Positions 28,760 through 36,893 of a DNA stretch of 64,000 nt are shown here, piece after piece. The number at the start of each line of letters is the position of its first letter. Position 1 is the stretch's first letter. Location of the stretch: positions 15,777 to 79,776 of the forward strand of contig CALXEW010000003.1 of the NCBI GenBank assembly GCA_944387435.1, given 5' to 3'. Source of the DNA: an uncultured Clostridia bacterium. Its GTDB lineage: Bacteria > Bacillota > Clostridia > TANB77 > CAG-508. The notes below the pieces were generated by a model. The model had not been told where the DNA came from, did not search any database, and saw only the letters and a program-made list of their open reading frames with translations. The translations under genes and the position numbers were made by a program.

Positions 28760-28788
28760 ATTATGTGCTTATTTATACATTATATTTT

Positions 28789-28929
28789 TTATATAATCCC
28801 AATCTTTTTAGCCATCTTTTTACCTTGTTTCATAACTGTTTTTTTATTCATTTTACCACTTTCGGCATACATCATAACTAAACCTGTTGTAATTAATCCG
28901 CCTATCATAACACCTTTAATAAATTTCAT
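28789..28929 (-). CDS. 46-aa small membrane protein (YtxH-like pattern)
   Basis: My translation: MKFIKGVMIGGLITTGLVMMYAESGKMNKKTVMKQGKKMAKKIGII. SD AGAGGTG lies before the ATG at 28929. Confidence 0.5.
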   Translation of the reverse strand: MKFIKGVMIGGLITTGLVMMYAESGKMNKKTVMKQGKKMAKKIGII

Positions 28930-28953
28930 AAAATCACCTCTCTTTTTTATTTA

Positions 28954-29340
28954 TTATTCTTTATTTTTTACTTTTTTATACTGTTTTGTTATGGAATATA
29001 TTTCATTTATAGCAATTATGCTAAGAAAAATCCCAAAACATTTTCTTAAAATCTTCACATCCATATTAATTGCTAAATTTGCTCCTATAATTGCACCAAA
29101 TATTCCAAAAACCGAAATTATAACTCCTGCTTTTACATCCAAATTTTTATTTTTCAAATTCACAATAATTGCAATTAAAGATGTTGGTATGAAAAAAATT
29201 AAATTTGTAGCTTGTGCTACTCTTTGTTCAACTCCCATAATAAATGTGAGAAGAAATATAAGTATAGTTCCTCCTCCCATTCCGGTTCCTGAAACTATTC
29301 CAGAAACAACACCAATTAATACTTCAAGCATAATAATCAT
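28954..29340 (-). CDS. TauE/SafE-family anion exporter, C-terminal half-size subunit
   Basis: GIVSGTGMGGGTILIFLL, four TM helices, 128 aa. Confidence 0.75.
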   Translation of the reverse strand: MIIMLEVLIGVVSGIVSGTGMGGGTILIFLLTFIMGVEQRVAQATNLIFFIPTSLIAIIVNLKNKNLDVKAGVIISVFGIFGAIIGANLAINMDVKILRKCFGIFLSIIAINEIYSITKQYKKVKNKE

Positions 29341-29347
29341 CCTTCAT

Positions 29348-29695
29348 TTAACTTGTTATCATTCTAAAAGACACATAAACTAAGAAAACAGTAAACGCAA
29401 TTTTTAATATTTTTTCTGGTAATTTTTTTAATAATTTAGCTCCAAAATATCCGCCAATAGTTCCTCCAATCGCACAGAGTAGTGCTGTATTCCAATTAAT
29501 ATAATTTCCCTGATAATAAAAAATACTACTTGTTACTACCATTGGTAAAATACAAAAAACTGATGTTCCTCTAGCTTTAGTATCTTCCATATTTAATAAA
29601 TAAATAAATGCAGGAACTATTATCATTCCTCCACCAGTTGAAAATAATCCACTAATTATTCCTGCAATTATTCCAATTAATCCTTTTCTCAACAT
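29348..29695 (-). CDS. TauE/SafE-family anion exporter, N-terminal half-size subunit
   Basis: GIISGLFSTGGGMIIVPAFIYLL, 115 aa, 7 nt upstream of its partner. Confidence 0.75.
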   Translation of the reverse strand: MLRKGLIGIIAGIISGLFSTGGGMIIVPAFIYLLNMEDTKARGTSVFCILPMVVTSSIFYYQGNYINWNTALLCAIGGTIGGYFGAKLLKKLPEKILKIAFTVFLVYVSFRMITS

Positions 29696-29753
29696 AATAA
29701 AAACCTACTTTATAGTAGGTTTTCCAATTTTTATTTTTTTATTAATCTTTATT

Positions 29754-31047
29754 TTATTTTTCTTCTTTTTTTACTTTTCTTGGGCTTTTTATTTGTTTTT
29801 CTATTTTTTCTGGTATATCACTGTCATCATAATACTTAGTTCCCACCATCTCATCTGGAAGATACTGTTGCTCTACATAGTGCCCTGGAAAATTGTGAGG
29901 ATATAAATACCCTTCGTGATACCCTAAATTTTTCATCTGCTCTATTGGTGCATTTCTAATATGCATTGGAACTTCTCCTGTGTCTTTATTTTTTACATCT
30001 TCTAATGCTTTATTAATTGCCATATATGATGCATTTGACTTTGGAGATGTTGCAACATATATTGCTGCTTCAGCAAGTAATATTCTTGCTTCTGGCATAC
30101 CTATCATATGTACTGCTTGCATTGTGCTATTAGCTACAACTAAAGCATTTGGATTTGCCATACCTACATCTTCAGATGCACATATTGTAATTCTTCTTGC
30201 TAAAAACATTGGATCTTCTCCACCGATTTAAAGCTCTTGCTAAATAAAATACTGCAGCATCTGGGTCTGAGCCTCTCATTGATTTAATAAAAGCACTTAT
30301 ATTATCATAATGTTGTTCTCCATTTTTATCAAATACAGCTTTTCTTTCTTGCACACTATTTTTTATTATATCATCTGTCAAATGAATATATCCATCCTCA
30401 TTCATAGCTGTTGTAAGTGTCGCAACCTCTAAACCATTTAAAGCTGTTCTTACATCTCCATTACTAATTATAGCTAGTTTTCTCAACGTTTCATCTTCTA
30501 TTTTTATATTATATTCTCCAAGACCTTCTTTTTTTGTTAGTGCATTTTTTAATATTTGGTATATATTTTCTTCTGTTAATGGATTTAATTTAATTACCAT
30601 TGACCTCGAAATTAGAGCCTTATTTACTTCAAAATAAGGATTTTCAGTTGTTGCTCCAATTAAAATAATTGTTCCATTTTCCACATATGGAAGAAGTGCA
30701 TCTTGTTGTAATTTATTAAATCTATGTATCTCATCTATAAATAATATACTTTTCCCTGCAGGATTCAGCATAAAGTTTTTAGTGTCTTCAATTACTCTTT
30801 TAATATCTGCAACTCCTGCTGTAACTGCATTTATTTTGTAAAATTTATATTTAGTTGTTTCACTAATCACTCTTGCAAGCGATGTTTTTCCACAACCAGG
30901 AGGTCCAAATAATATGATACTTGATAATCTATCTGCTTTTATAGTTCTATATAATACTTTATCTTTTGCCAAAACATGTTCTTGACCAACATACTCATCT
31001 AATGTTTTTGGTCTCATACGAAAAGCCAAAGGCTCATTTGCATCCAT
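29754..31047 (-). CDS. rarA: Replication-associated recombination protein RarA/MgsA (AAA+), interrupted by a +1 frameshift at an in-frame CGG
   Basis: N-terminal ORF: LFGPPGCGKTSLA (Walker A), ILFIDEIHRFNK (Walker B/sensor). C-terminal ORF: MFLARRITICASEDVGMANP, SPKSNA. The two join as ARALN-GGEDPMFLARR if the C at plus-strand 30225 is skipped. Start at MDANEPL behind AGGAGG. Confidence 0.85.
30223..30225 (-). other. In-frame CGG codon at a +1 shift site (AAT-C-GGT-GGA)
   Basis: It is codon 282 of the upstream ORF. The zero frame stops 16 codons later. The +1 frame is continuous with ORF 29754..30209. Confidence 0.8.
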
Positions 31048-31081
31048 TACTTTTCCTCCTAACCCCAATGTTTTTTCTTTC

Positions 31082-31711
31082 TTATCTACTCAATAAACTT
31101 AGTCCTTTTCTAATTAATTCTTCTGTTGATAATTCTTTATAATCTAGTTTTTCAAATACTTTTTCAATTTCTTTTTTATTATATCCTAAAACTTGAAGTG
31201 CTGCCATTGCTTCATTTACCTTTTCTCTTATCTCAATTGCTTCATTGAATTTATTATCATCTTTTTGTTTTTTATCGATTTGTTCTCTTATTGCTTCTAC
31301 TTCTTGTTCTTTCTTTATTTTATCTTTCAATTCCAATATTATTCTTTTTGCTGATTTTGGTCCTATTCCTGGTATAGACGTTAGCGCTTTTACATCTTCT
31401 GATACTACAGCTAAAGCAAATTCTGATGGGCTACATGTTGCAAGCATTGTTAGAGCTGTTCTTGCTCCTACTCCACTTACTCCTAATAATAATTCAAACA
31501 TTTTAAGTTCTTCTAATGTATTAAAACCATATATACTAATATCATCTTCTCTTACCCTATAATAAGTATGAACTTTTACTGTATCTCCAATATTACCTAA
31601 ATTTTCAATTCCTACTTCTGACATAAATACCTTGTAACCAAGACCTCCTACATCAATTACAACATATCCTGTCATCTTCATTTCTAATTTTCCTTTAATA
31701 TATGCTAACAT
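31082..31711 (-). CDS. ruvA: Holliday junction branch-migration complex subunit RuvA
   Basis: MLAYIKGKL...VIDVGGLGYKV N-terminus, HhH motifs GVSGVGARTAL and IPGIGPKSAKRI. Confidence 0.92.
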   Translation of the reverse strand: MLAYIKGKLEMKMTGYVVIDVGGLGYKVFMSEVGIENLGNIGDTVKVHTYYRVREDDISIYGFNTLEELKMFELLLGVSGVGARTALTMLATCSPSEFALAVVSEDVKALTSIPGIGPKSAKRIILELKDKIKKEQEVEAIREQIDKKQKDDNKFNEAIEIREKVNEAMAALQVLGYNKKEIEKVFEKLDYKELSTEELIRKGLSLLSR

Positions 31712-31739
31712 TTACATTCTCTCTTTCTTATTTACTTTC

Positions 31740-32294
31740 TTATGTATCATAAAAATAAGTTGCTTCTAAATCTGCCTCATGTGTTAATAATGCTATTGGA
31801 TATTTAGTATAACTTGCTCCAATTGCATTATAGTTTTCTTTTGGTTCTGTATATCCCATATGCCATCTAATTGAGTATTTTTCTTCTGGAGTTAATTTCA
31901 TGTATTCTGTTATCATCATAACAGATTTTTCTCCATGTCCATATGGTATAGTGTCTTCAATTGTATAATAAGGAACTTTCTCCCACACTCCTAATGCATT
32001 TTTGGCATTTCTATAGTCTATTTTGTAAAAGTTTGTTTTACAAATATCATGTAATAGTCCAATAATTATTATGGACTCTTCTGGAATATCTATATCCATT
32101 ATACAATTTGCTACTTTATGTTTTAGTATTTCATAAACTTTTAAGCTATGTTCTACAAGTCCTCCTTCATGGTTTCCATGAAATCTAGTACTTGCTGGAG
32201 CCATAAAAAAATCTGATTTTTCTAAAAAATTTATTACATCTTCTATTCCATCTCTTTTTACTTGTCTTAATAAATTCAAAAATTCCTCTTTCAT
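31740..32294 (-). CDS. HD-domain phosphohydrolase
   Basis: RFHGNHEGGLVEHSL...GLLHDICK, an H...HD...D pattern. Confidence 0.8.
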   Translation of the reverse strand: MKEEFLNLLRQVKRDGIEDVINFLEKSDFFMAPASTRFHGNHEGGLVEHSLKVYEILKHKVANCIMDIDIPEESIIIIGLLHDICKTNFYKIDYRNAKNALGVWEKVPYYTIEDTIPYGHGEKSVMMITEYMKLTPEEKYSIRWHMGYTEPKENYNAIGASYTKYPIALLTHEADLEATYFYDT

Positions 32295-32392
32295 TTTATC
32301 ACCTCATATTTTCCTCTTCTAACTTTGCTAATTATATATATTTAATCGTAAAAAGTCAATAGACATACAAAACAAATTTTTGTATGTCCATT

Positions 32393-33403
32393 TTATCTTT
32401 CAATCTCCATTTTTTCTCTTAACTCTTTCCCCATTCTTGCATCTTTCATATATTTTCTTAACTTTCTTCTACCAATAGAAAATTCTGAATTTCCTAAATG
32501 CAATCCATCTTTTTGTAACTCTTCTAATTTATCCAAATCGCAAACAAGCATTCTTCCATACTTGCTGGAATACAAATAAGGTACTAGAGTTTTATAATTT
32601 CCTGTATCTGTAAACATACAAAATGTAGAATATATAGGTTCTCTATTTTCATCTTTCGTATAACATGGAAAGCGATATATTTTCTGAGATTTCTTCATAC
32701 CTAATATTTGAGAGATTGTTTCTTTATAATATATATAAGCTTCTGCAACATCTACACCTTCAATTCCTTTATATACTTCATCACTTCCTACTATACTTGC
32801 TAAAGCTTCTTTTACTGGTAAAAACTTTACTCTTCTTTTTACTTTCTCAATTCTATTTTCTCTATATCCTTCTCTATCAAATATATATCCAACATTCATT
32901 AAGTAATGAGTTAATGTATCATCATTTAAAAAATCTTCTTTTCCTATTGCTTTAAAGCATTCCAATCTTCTTTTAGTCTTTATATTATATAAATCTAATT
33001 GCAAATCTGCAAATATCTTTTTCCCACTTTTTAGAATAATAACATTATCCAAATGTACATCTGGGGGCTCTCCTCTTCTTGTTTCACATTCAATTCCTAA
33101 TCTATTAAGTACTTTCTTATACAAATTTGCTATTGATATGCATATAAGTTTTCTTTTTTTTGCTAGCTTTTCTATGTCTTTACTATCTTCTCTTGATTGC
33201 TGTACTAATTTATAAGCTATATTTCCATTTGCCCAATATATTTTTTCGTCAATAGATTTCATCTTTCCTAGTTGTATATAAACATACAAAGCTAGTTTTA
33301 TTTCAATCTCCTCTGGTGTTCCTGTATATACACTTTCGGGGATTCCATCTATTATTTTGTCCATCATTTCTTTTGCCGTCATATTATCTTGTTTCATCTC
33401 CAC
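32393..33403 (-). CDS. Hypothetical protein, possible transglutaminase-like Cys-His-Asp fold (paralogue 2)
   Basis: Paralogous to the upstream gene over its full length. Conserved KRKLICISIANLYK (Cys), VHLDNVIIL (His), FADLQLD (Asp). Start uncertain (GTG 33403 or ATG 33382). Confidence 0.55.
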   Translation of the reverse strand: MEMKQDNMTAKEMMDKIIDGIPESVYTGTPEEIEIKLALYVYIQLGKMKSIDEKIYWANGNIAYKLVQQSREDSKDIEKLAKKRKLICISIANLYKKVLNRLGIECETRRGEPPDVHLDNVIILKSGKKIFADLQLDLYNIKTKRRLECFKAIGKEDFLNDDTLTHYLMNVGYIFDREGYRENRIEKVKRRVKFLPVKEALASIVGSDEVYKGIEGVDVAEAYIYYKETISQILGMKKSQKIYRFPCYTKDENREPIYSTFCMFTDTGNYKTLVPYLYSSKYGRMLVCDLDKLEELQKDGLHLGNSEFSIGRRKLRKYMKDARMGKELREKMEIER

Positions 33404-34370
33404 TTTCTTTTTGTTTCGTTCTAAAAGCTTTCATTGCTTTCTTTAATGTTTTCACTGGTCTTTCAACATCGTTTTTTCCTATCTTTAATCCTTGATCTTC
33501 TAATTCTACTAATTTGTCTAAATCACATCTCAAAAGTCTACCTTCTTTTTTTGAATATAAGTACGTATGTATTTCTCCTTCTCTTCTTCTATCAGTAGTA
33601 TATAAACCAAATGAATAATCTGGTACCTCTTTTTCTTTCTTGCTACATATAAATTGACAAACATTTTTTCTAAATTCTCCTGGTATTAAAGTCTTTAATG
33701 TAGAATAGTAATATTTATAAGCTTCTACTCCTGATAGTTTAGCACCTTCATAAATTTCTGGTGAATTTAAAATAATTTCTACTGCTTCATTTACACTTAA
33801 TCCTTGAATTCTTTTTCTTACTTCTTCTACTTTTTTATCTCTATAATCATCTTTACTATTTATATACCCTAATTCAATTAACATCCTCGTTAACTCTTCA
33901 GGGGCTATAACCTCTGTATCATACTCACTTTCACAACCAAAGTGAGCTAATGATAATCCTGTTTGGACTCTATACATATCTAATTGAGCATCTGCTAATA
34001 TTCTTTTTCCATTTTTCAATTCAATTATATTTGTCATATGATCGATAGTATTTCTTTCTGTCATTTCTGTAATTATTTCACTCTCTATACCAAAGTCAGC
34101 AAGTATAGCTTTATATAAATGTGTCATTGTTATACAAAGTATTTTCCTTTTTCCTGCAATTTTATCAGGATTACTACTATCTGATAAAGCTTCTTTTTCT
34201 GCCTGTCTTACCATTTTACTATTTCCAAAATAATAACGTTCATCAAAAGATTTCATTTTTCCAAGCTCAATATATATGTATAATGCTGTTTTTATTTCTT
34301 TTTCTTCTTCTGTTCCTGAAAACTCTGGCATTTCATTCTTAAATTTTTCTACTAATTCTTTTTTTGTCAT
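33384..34370 (-). CDS. Hypothetical protein, possible transglutaminase-like Cys-His-Asp fold (paralogue 1)
   Basis: KRKILCITMTHLYK, IDHMTNIIEL and LADAQLD line up with the paralogue. Confidence 0.55.
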   Translation of the reverse strand: MTKKELVEKFKNEMPEFSGTEEEKEIKTALYIYIELGKMKSFDERYYFGNSKMVRQAEKEALSDSSNPDKIAGKRKILCITMTHLYKAILADFGIESEIITEMTERNTIDHMTNIIELKNGKRILADAQLDMYRVQTGLSLAHFGCESEYDTEVIAPEELTRMLIELGYINSKDDYRDKKVEEVRKRIQGLSVNEAVEIILNSPEIYEGAKLSGVEAYKYYYSTLKTLIPGEFRKNVCQFICSKKEKEVPDYSFGLYTTDRRREGEIHTYLYSKKEGRLLRCDLDKLVELEDQGLKIGKNDVERPVKTLKKAMKAFRTKQKESGDETR

Positions 34371-34418
34371 AATATCATCCCTTAAAATTTTATCTAATTT
34401 ATTTTAACACAAAATGAA

Positions 34419-34455
34419 AAAATATAAAAGTGAGAGCCCTAAGACCACAGGGCTC
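34419..34455 (-). terminator. GC-rich intrinsic terminator of the GC-rich gene
   Basis: Minus strand: GAGCCCT-GTGGTCTT-AGGGCTC followed by TCACTTTTATATTTTTT. Confidence 0.75.
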
Positions 34456-34479
34456 CCAATAAAAGTGCTTTAAAAAGGC

Positions 34480-35115
34480 TTAATTCCACAATCCCCTTGC
34501 TTTTTCACTTTTGTCTCTTATCTGAATATTAAGAGACACTGCCGCTAGGATTCCACAGCCAGTGTTACCTCCATACTCTTCTCCGTCCTGACGATATAGG
34601 TCGCATGTACCAATTCGGCCGTTATTCATATACCTCATTAGGAAATGAGTTCGACCATTTGTGTCGTTCGAGAAAGTAGGGGATGGAAGCCAAAACCTAC
34701 CATTAGGTACTTCTATAAATTCAAAGTCAGACTCCTCAGCACACCTGATGTTTGCTATCCCCTTTTGTGACAGCAGTTTTCTAGGAATTTTACTGAACTC
34801 CTTCCAGACAAACCAGCCAGCCCTACCGTAAATTTCAAAGGGCTTTGTGATTATCGGAATCACAAAAAGTGGGTGTTTCTCCCCGTTTCCGGGATCCTCT
34901 TCCATCTTTCCTGTATAGATTACAGGAATTTTCTCCGGATACTCATTGCTCGTAAACAGTTGTTCTTTCCAACCGTTTGCAACCTCCTTGCTAACGTATT
35001 CTCTACGTTCTCCTTCCTCTTTTGCTGGATTCGGAATCGAGATTCCATTCTGAATCTCGTCTGGTGTTACAACCCTTGGAATACCCTTAAGAGTTGCAGT
35101 CCTCTTTTCGTCCAT
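34480..35115 (-). CDS. Hypothetical protein encoded by a compositionally foreign (GC-richer) gene
   Basis: 211-aa ORF. G+C is clearly higher than in the neighbours, and it uses codons rare elsewhere here (CGA, GGC, GCC, CCG, AGG). No motif recognised. Confidence 0.65.
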   Translation of the reverse strand: MDEKRTATLKGIPRVVTPDEIQNGISIPNPAKEEGERREYVSKEVANGWKEQLFTSNEYPEKIPVIYTGKMEEDPGNGEKHPLFVIPIITKPFEIYGRAGWFVWKEFSKIPRKLLSQKGIANIRCAEESDFEFIEVPNGRFWLPSPTFSNDTNGRTHFLMRYMNNGRIGTCDLYRQDGEEYGGNTGCGILAAVSLNIQIRDKSEKARGLWN

Positions 35116-35317
35116 ACACTTCCTTTCTCTAGCACCTTTGCCTACATAGCCACATAAGTGACCATCCTACTTATTATACTCCATTTTATGTGAATTAGCA
35201 AGAGAATGTTAAAATCAACATAAAATTCTATTTTTTATAGTTATTTAGATATATCTAATTTTGATGTATAAAATTTAACCTGTATTATTTCTATTAATAT
35301 AAATTAATAATTTTATA

Positions 35318-36592
35318 TTAATACATTGCAATCCTAAAACCAGCACAGAATAAATTATGCTCAAAAACATATGGATTATAACTTCTATAGTTTGCTGTAG
35401 CATTTTTTCCTGAATGGTAAAATCCACCTCCTCTTATTGAACATGGATTATCCGGGTCACCTGAATATTCTAAAGTCCATTCCCAAACATTTCCGGCCAA
35501 ATCATAAATATTTTGTTTGCAATTTTGTTCTGTAATACCTGTCGTGCATAAAACAGAATAATTATCCCTATTAGTTGTTGACAATTTTATTTTATTTTTT
35601 ACGCATCCTTCTAAGTTGTCAGTATATATATTCCAAATGTCAAGATTATTTATTTGTGTATACTTACCATTATTCATCATAAAAGTAGAGTCATAATAAT
35701 TTCCCCAACTTGTACTGTCTTCTTTTAAGTATTCTTGAATTATGCTCGAATTAGAAGTTTCCCACTCTGCGTTTTTTTCTAAATAAACTAATACTAAATC
35801 CCATTGAACCCCAAACATTATATTGCTTGAATATCCTTCGACATTATTTCTTGCCGCAATTTCCTCAGCTTCATTACAATATACGTATGTTAATGGATAC
35901 AAACCTTTCTGTGATAATGGTACCAGATTCGAAATATCCGAATGGCTAGTTCTTTTTTCTAAAACTCCTATTTCATACCTGCTTATCCAAAATCCAGCAT
36001 TTTGGTAAACACTCCTTAACATTTTTTTCTTTAATGAATTATAATCTGTCTCTGTTAACCCTGTTGTTTCAGTTGAGTAATACTTATCACTATACTTTGT
36101 TCCATTACGATATAAATATGTATATGCATGTAAATCATTTTCTATTTTTTCGTAATCGCTCTCGGTGAAATCTACTATATCTGTTCCAGCAGTATTATAT
36201 ATCTCTGTTGTTTTTGGAACTTCTATCCATACATATTCATTCCCTTTAGAATCTATTATTACTAATCCATTTTCTATTGTATTTTCTCCCTCTACTTTTG
36301 ATACCGCAAATCCAGCGGGTATAATTACTGTTTTTTCCTCTTCAACACTACTGTATATCGTATTTTCTAAATTTGTTGCTGCTTCTAATGATGTTAATCT
36401 CCTTAATTCCTCTTCTCCTTTTTGCTCTGTTTCATTCTTTGCTCTTCGTGCTTGCGAAAGTATTCCATTTTCTCCTGTTAGCATTGCAACAGATACTCCT
36501 GCAAGTATTAGAAGTACAATTATAGTTATTACTAATGCTATAAGTGTTATACCTTTTTCCTTTCTTTTTAATATTTTTTTGTTTTCTTTCAT
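35318..36592 (-). CDS. Pilin-like (class III signal) N-terminus fused to an FGE-sulfatase/SUMF1-like domain
   Basis: KEKGITLIALVITIIVLLILAGVSVAMLTGENGILSQARRAKNE. C-terminus NIYDLAGNVWEWTLE...IRGGGF...AGFRIAMY. Confidence 0.85.
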   Translation of the reverse strand: MKENKKILKRKEKGITLIALVITIIVLLILAGVSVAMLTGENGILSQARRAKNETEQKGEEELRRLTSLEAATNLENTIYSSVEEEKTVIIPAGFAVSKVEGENTIENGLVIIDSKGNEYVWIEVPKTTEIYNTAGTDIVDFTESDYEKIENDLHAYTYLYRNGTKYSDKYYSTETTGLTETDYNSLKKKMLRSVYQNAGFWISRYEIGVLEKRTSHSDISNLVPLSQKGLYPLTYVYCNEAEEIAARNNVEGYSSNIMFGVQWDLVLVYLEKNAEWETSNSSIIQEYLKEDSTSWGNYYDSTFMMNNGKYTQINNLDIWNIYTDNLEGCVKNKIKLSTTNRDNYSVLCTTGITEQNCKQNIYDLAGNVWEWTLEYSGDPDNPCSIRGGGFYHSGKNATANYRSYNPYVFEHNLFCAGFRIAMY

Positions 36593-36744
36593 TATTTCTT
36601 CCTCCTTTAATTTTATTTATATATTTCAAAACTTAATAACTATTTTAAAAACACAAAAAAGACAGCGACAAAGCCTATATTTTAGGTTTCATCACTATCT
36701 TTTCTATTTATATTTATTCTATTTTTATTTTCTAATAACCTACT

Positions 36745-36766
36745 TGTGTGTGTGTGTGTGTGTGTG
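36745..36766. repeat. (TG)11 dinucleotide microsatellite
   Basis: 11 uninterrupted TG units in the 300-bp spacer upstream of the pilin-like gene (start 36592) and downstream of the glucan synthase stop (36894). Confidence 0.95.
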
Positions 36767-36893
36767 TACAGCCTCAAGGCTTACATGTTCTACTTTTTTC
36801 ATTTTTGTTTTCCTTTCTCTTTTGTCTTTCTTATATAGTTATTTTATCAATTAATATGCTTTTGTAAATAACTTTAGCATTTTTTATTAATTT

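Noticed and set aside
28954-29695. The two adjacent half-size TauE/SafE ORFs as a broken pseudogene
   Set aside because: Each half has its own start and a complete 4-TM repeat unit with the GGG motif. The 7-nt gap contains a stop followed by a start in a new frame, with no lost sequence. TauE proteins are internal duplications, and half-size pairs are a plausible native arrangement.
33384-33403. The 20-nt overlap of the two paralogous genes as evidence for another frameshift
   Set aside because: The upstream gene ends at a normal stop, and the downstream gene has in-frame GTG and ATG options (33403, 33382). No homology is lost at the junction and no CGG is present.
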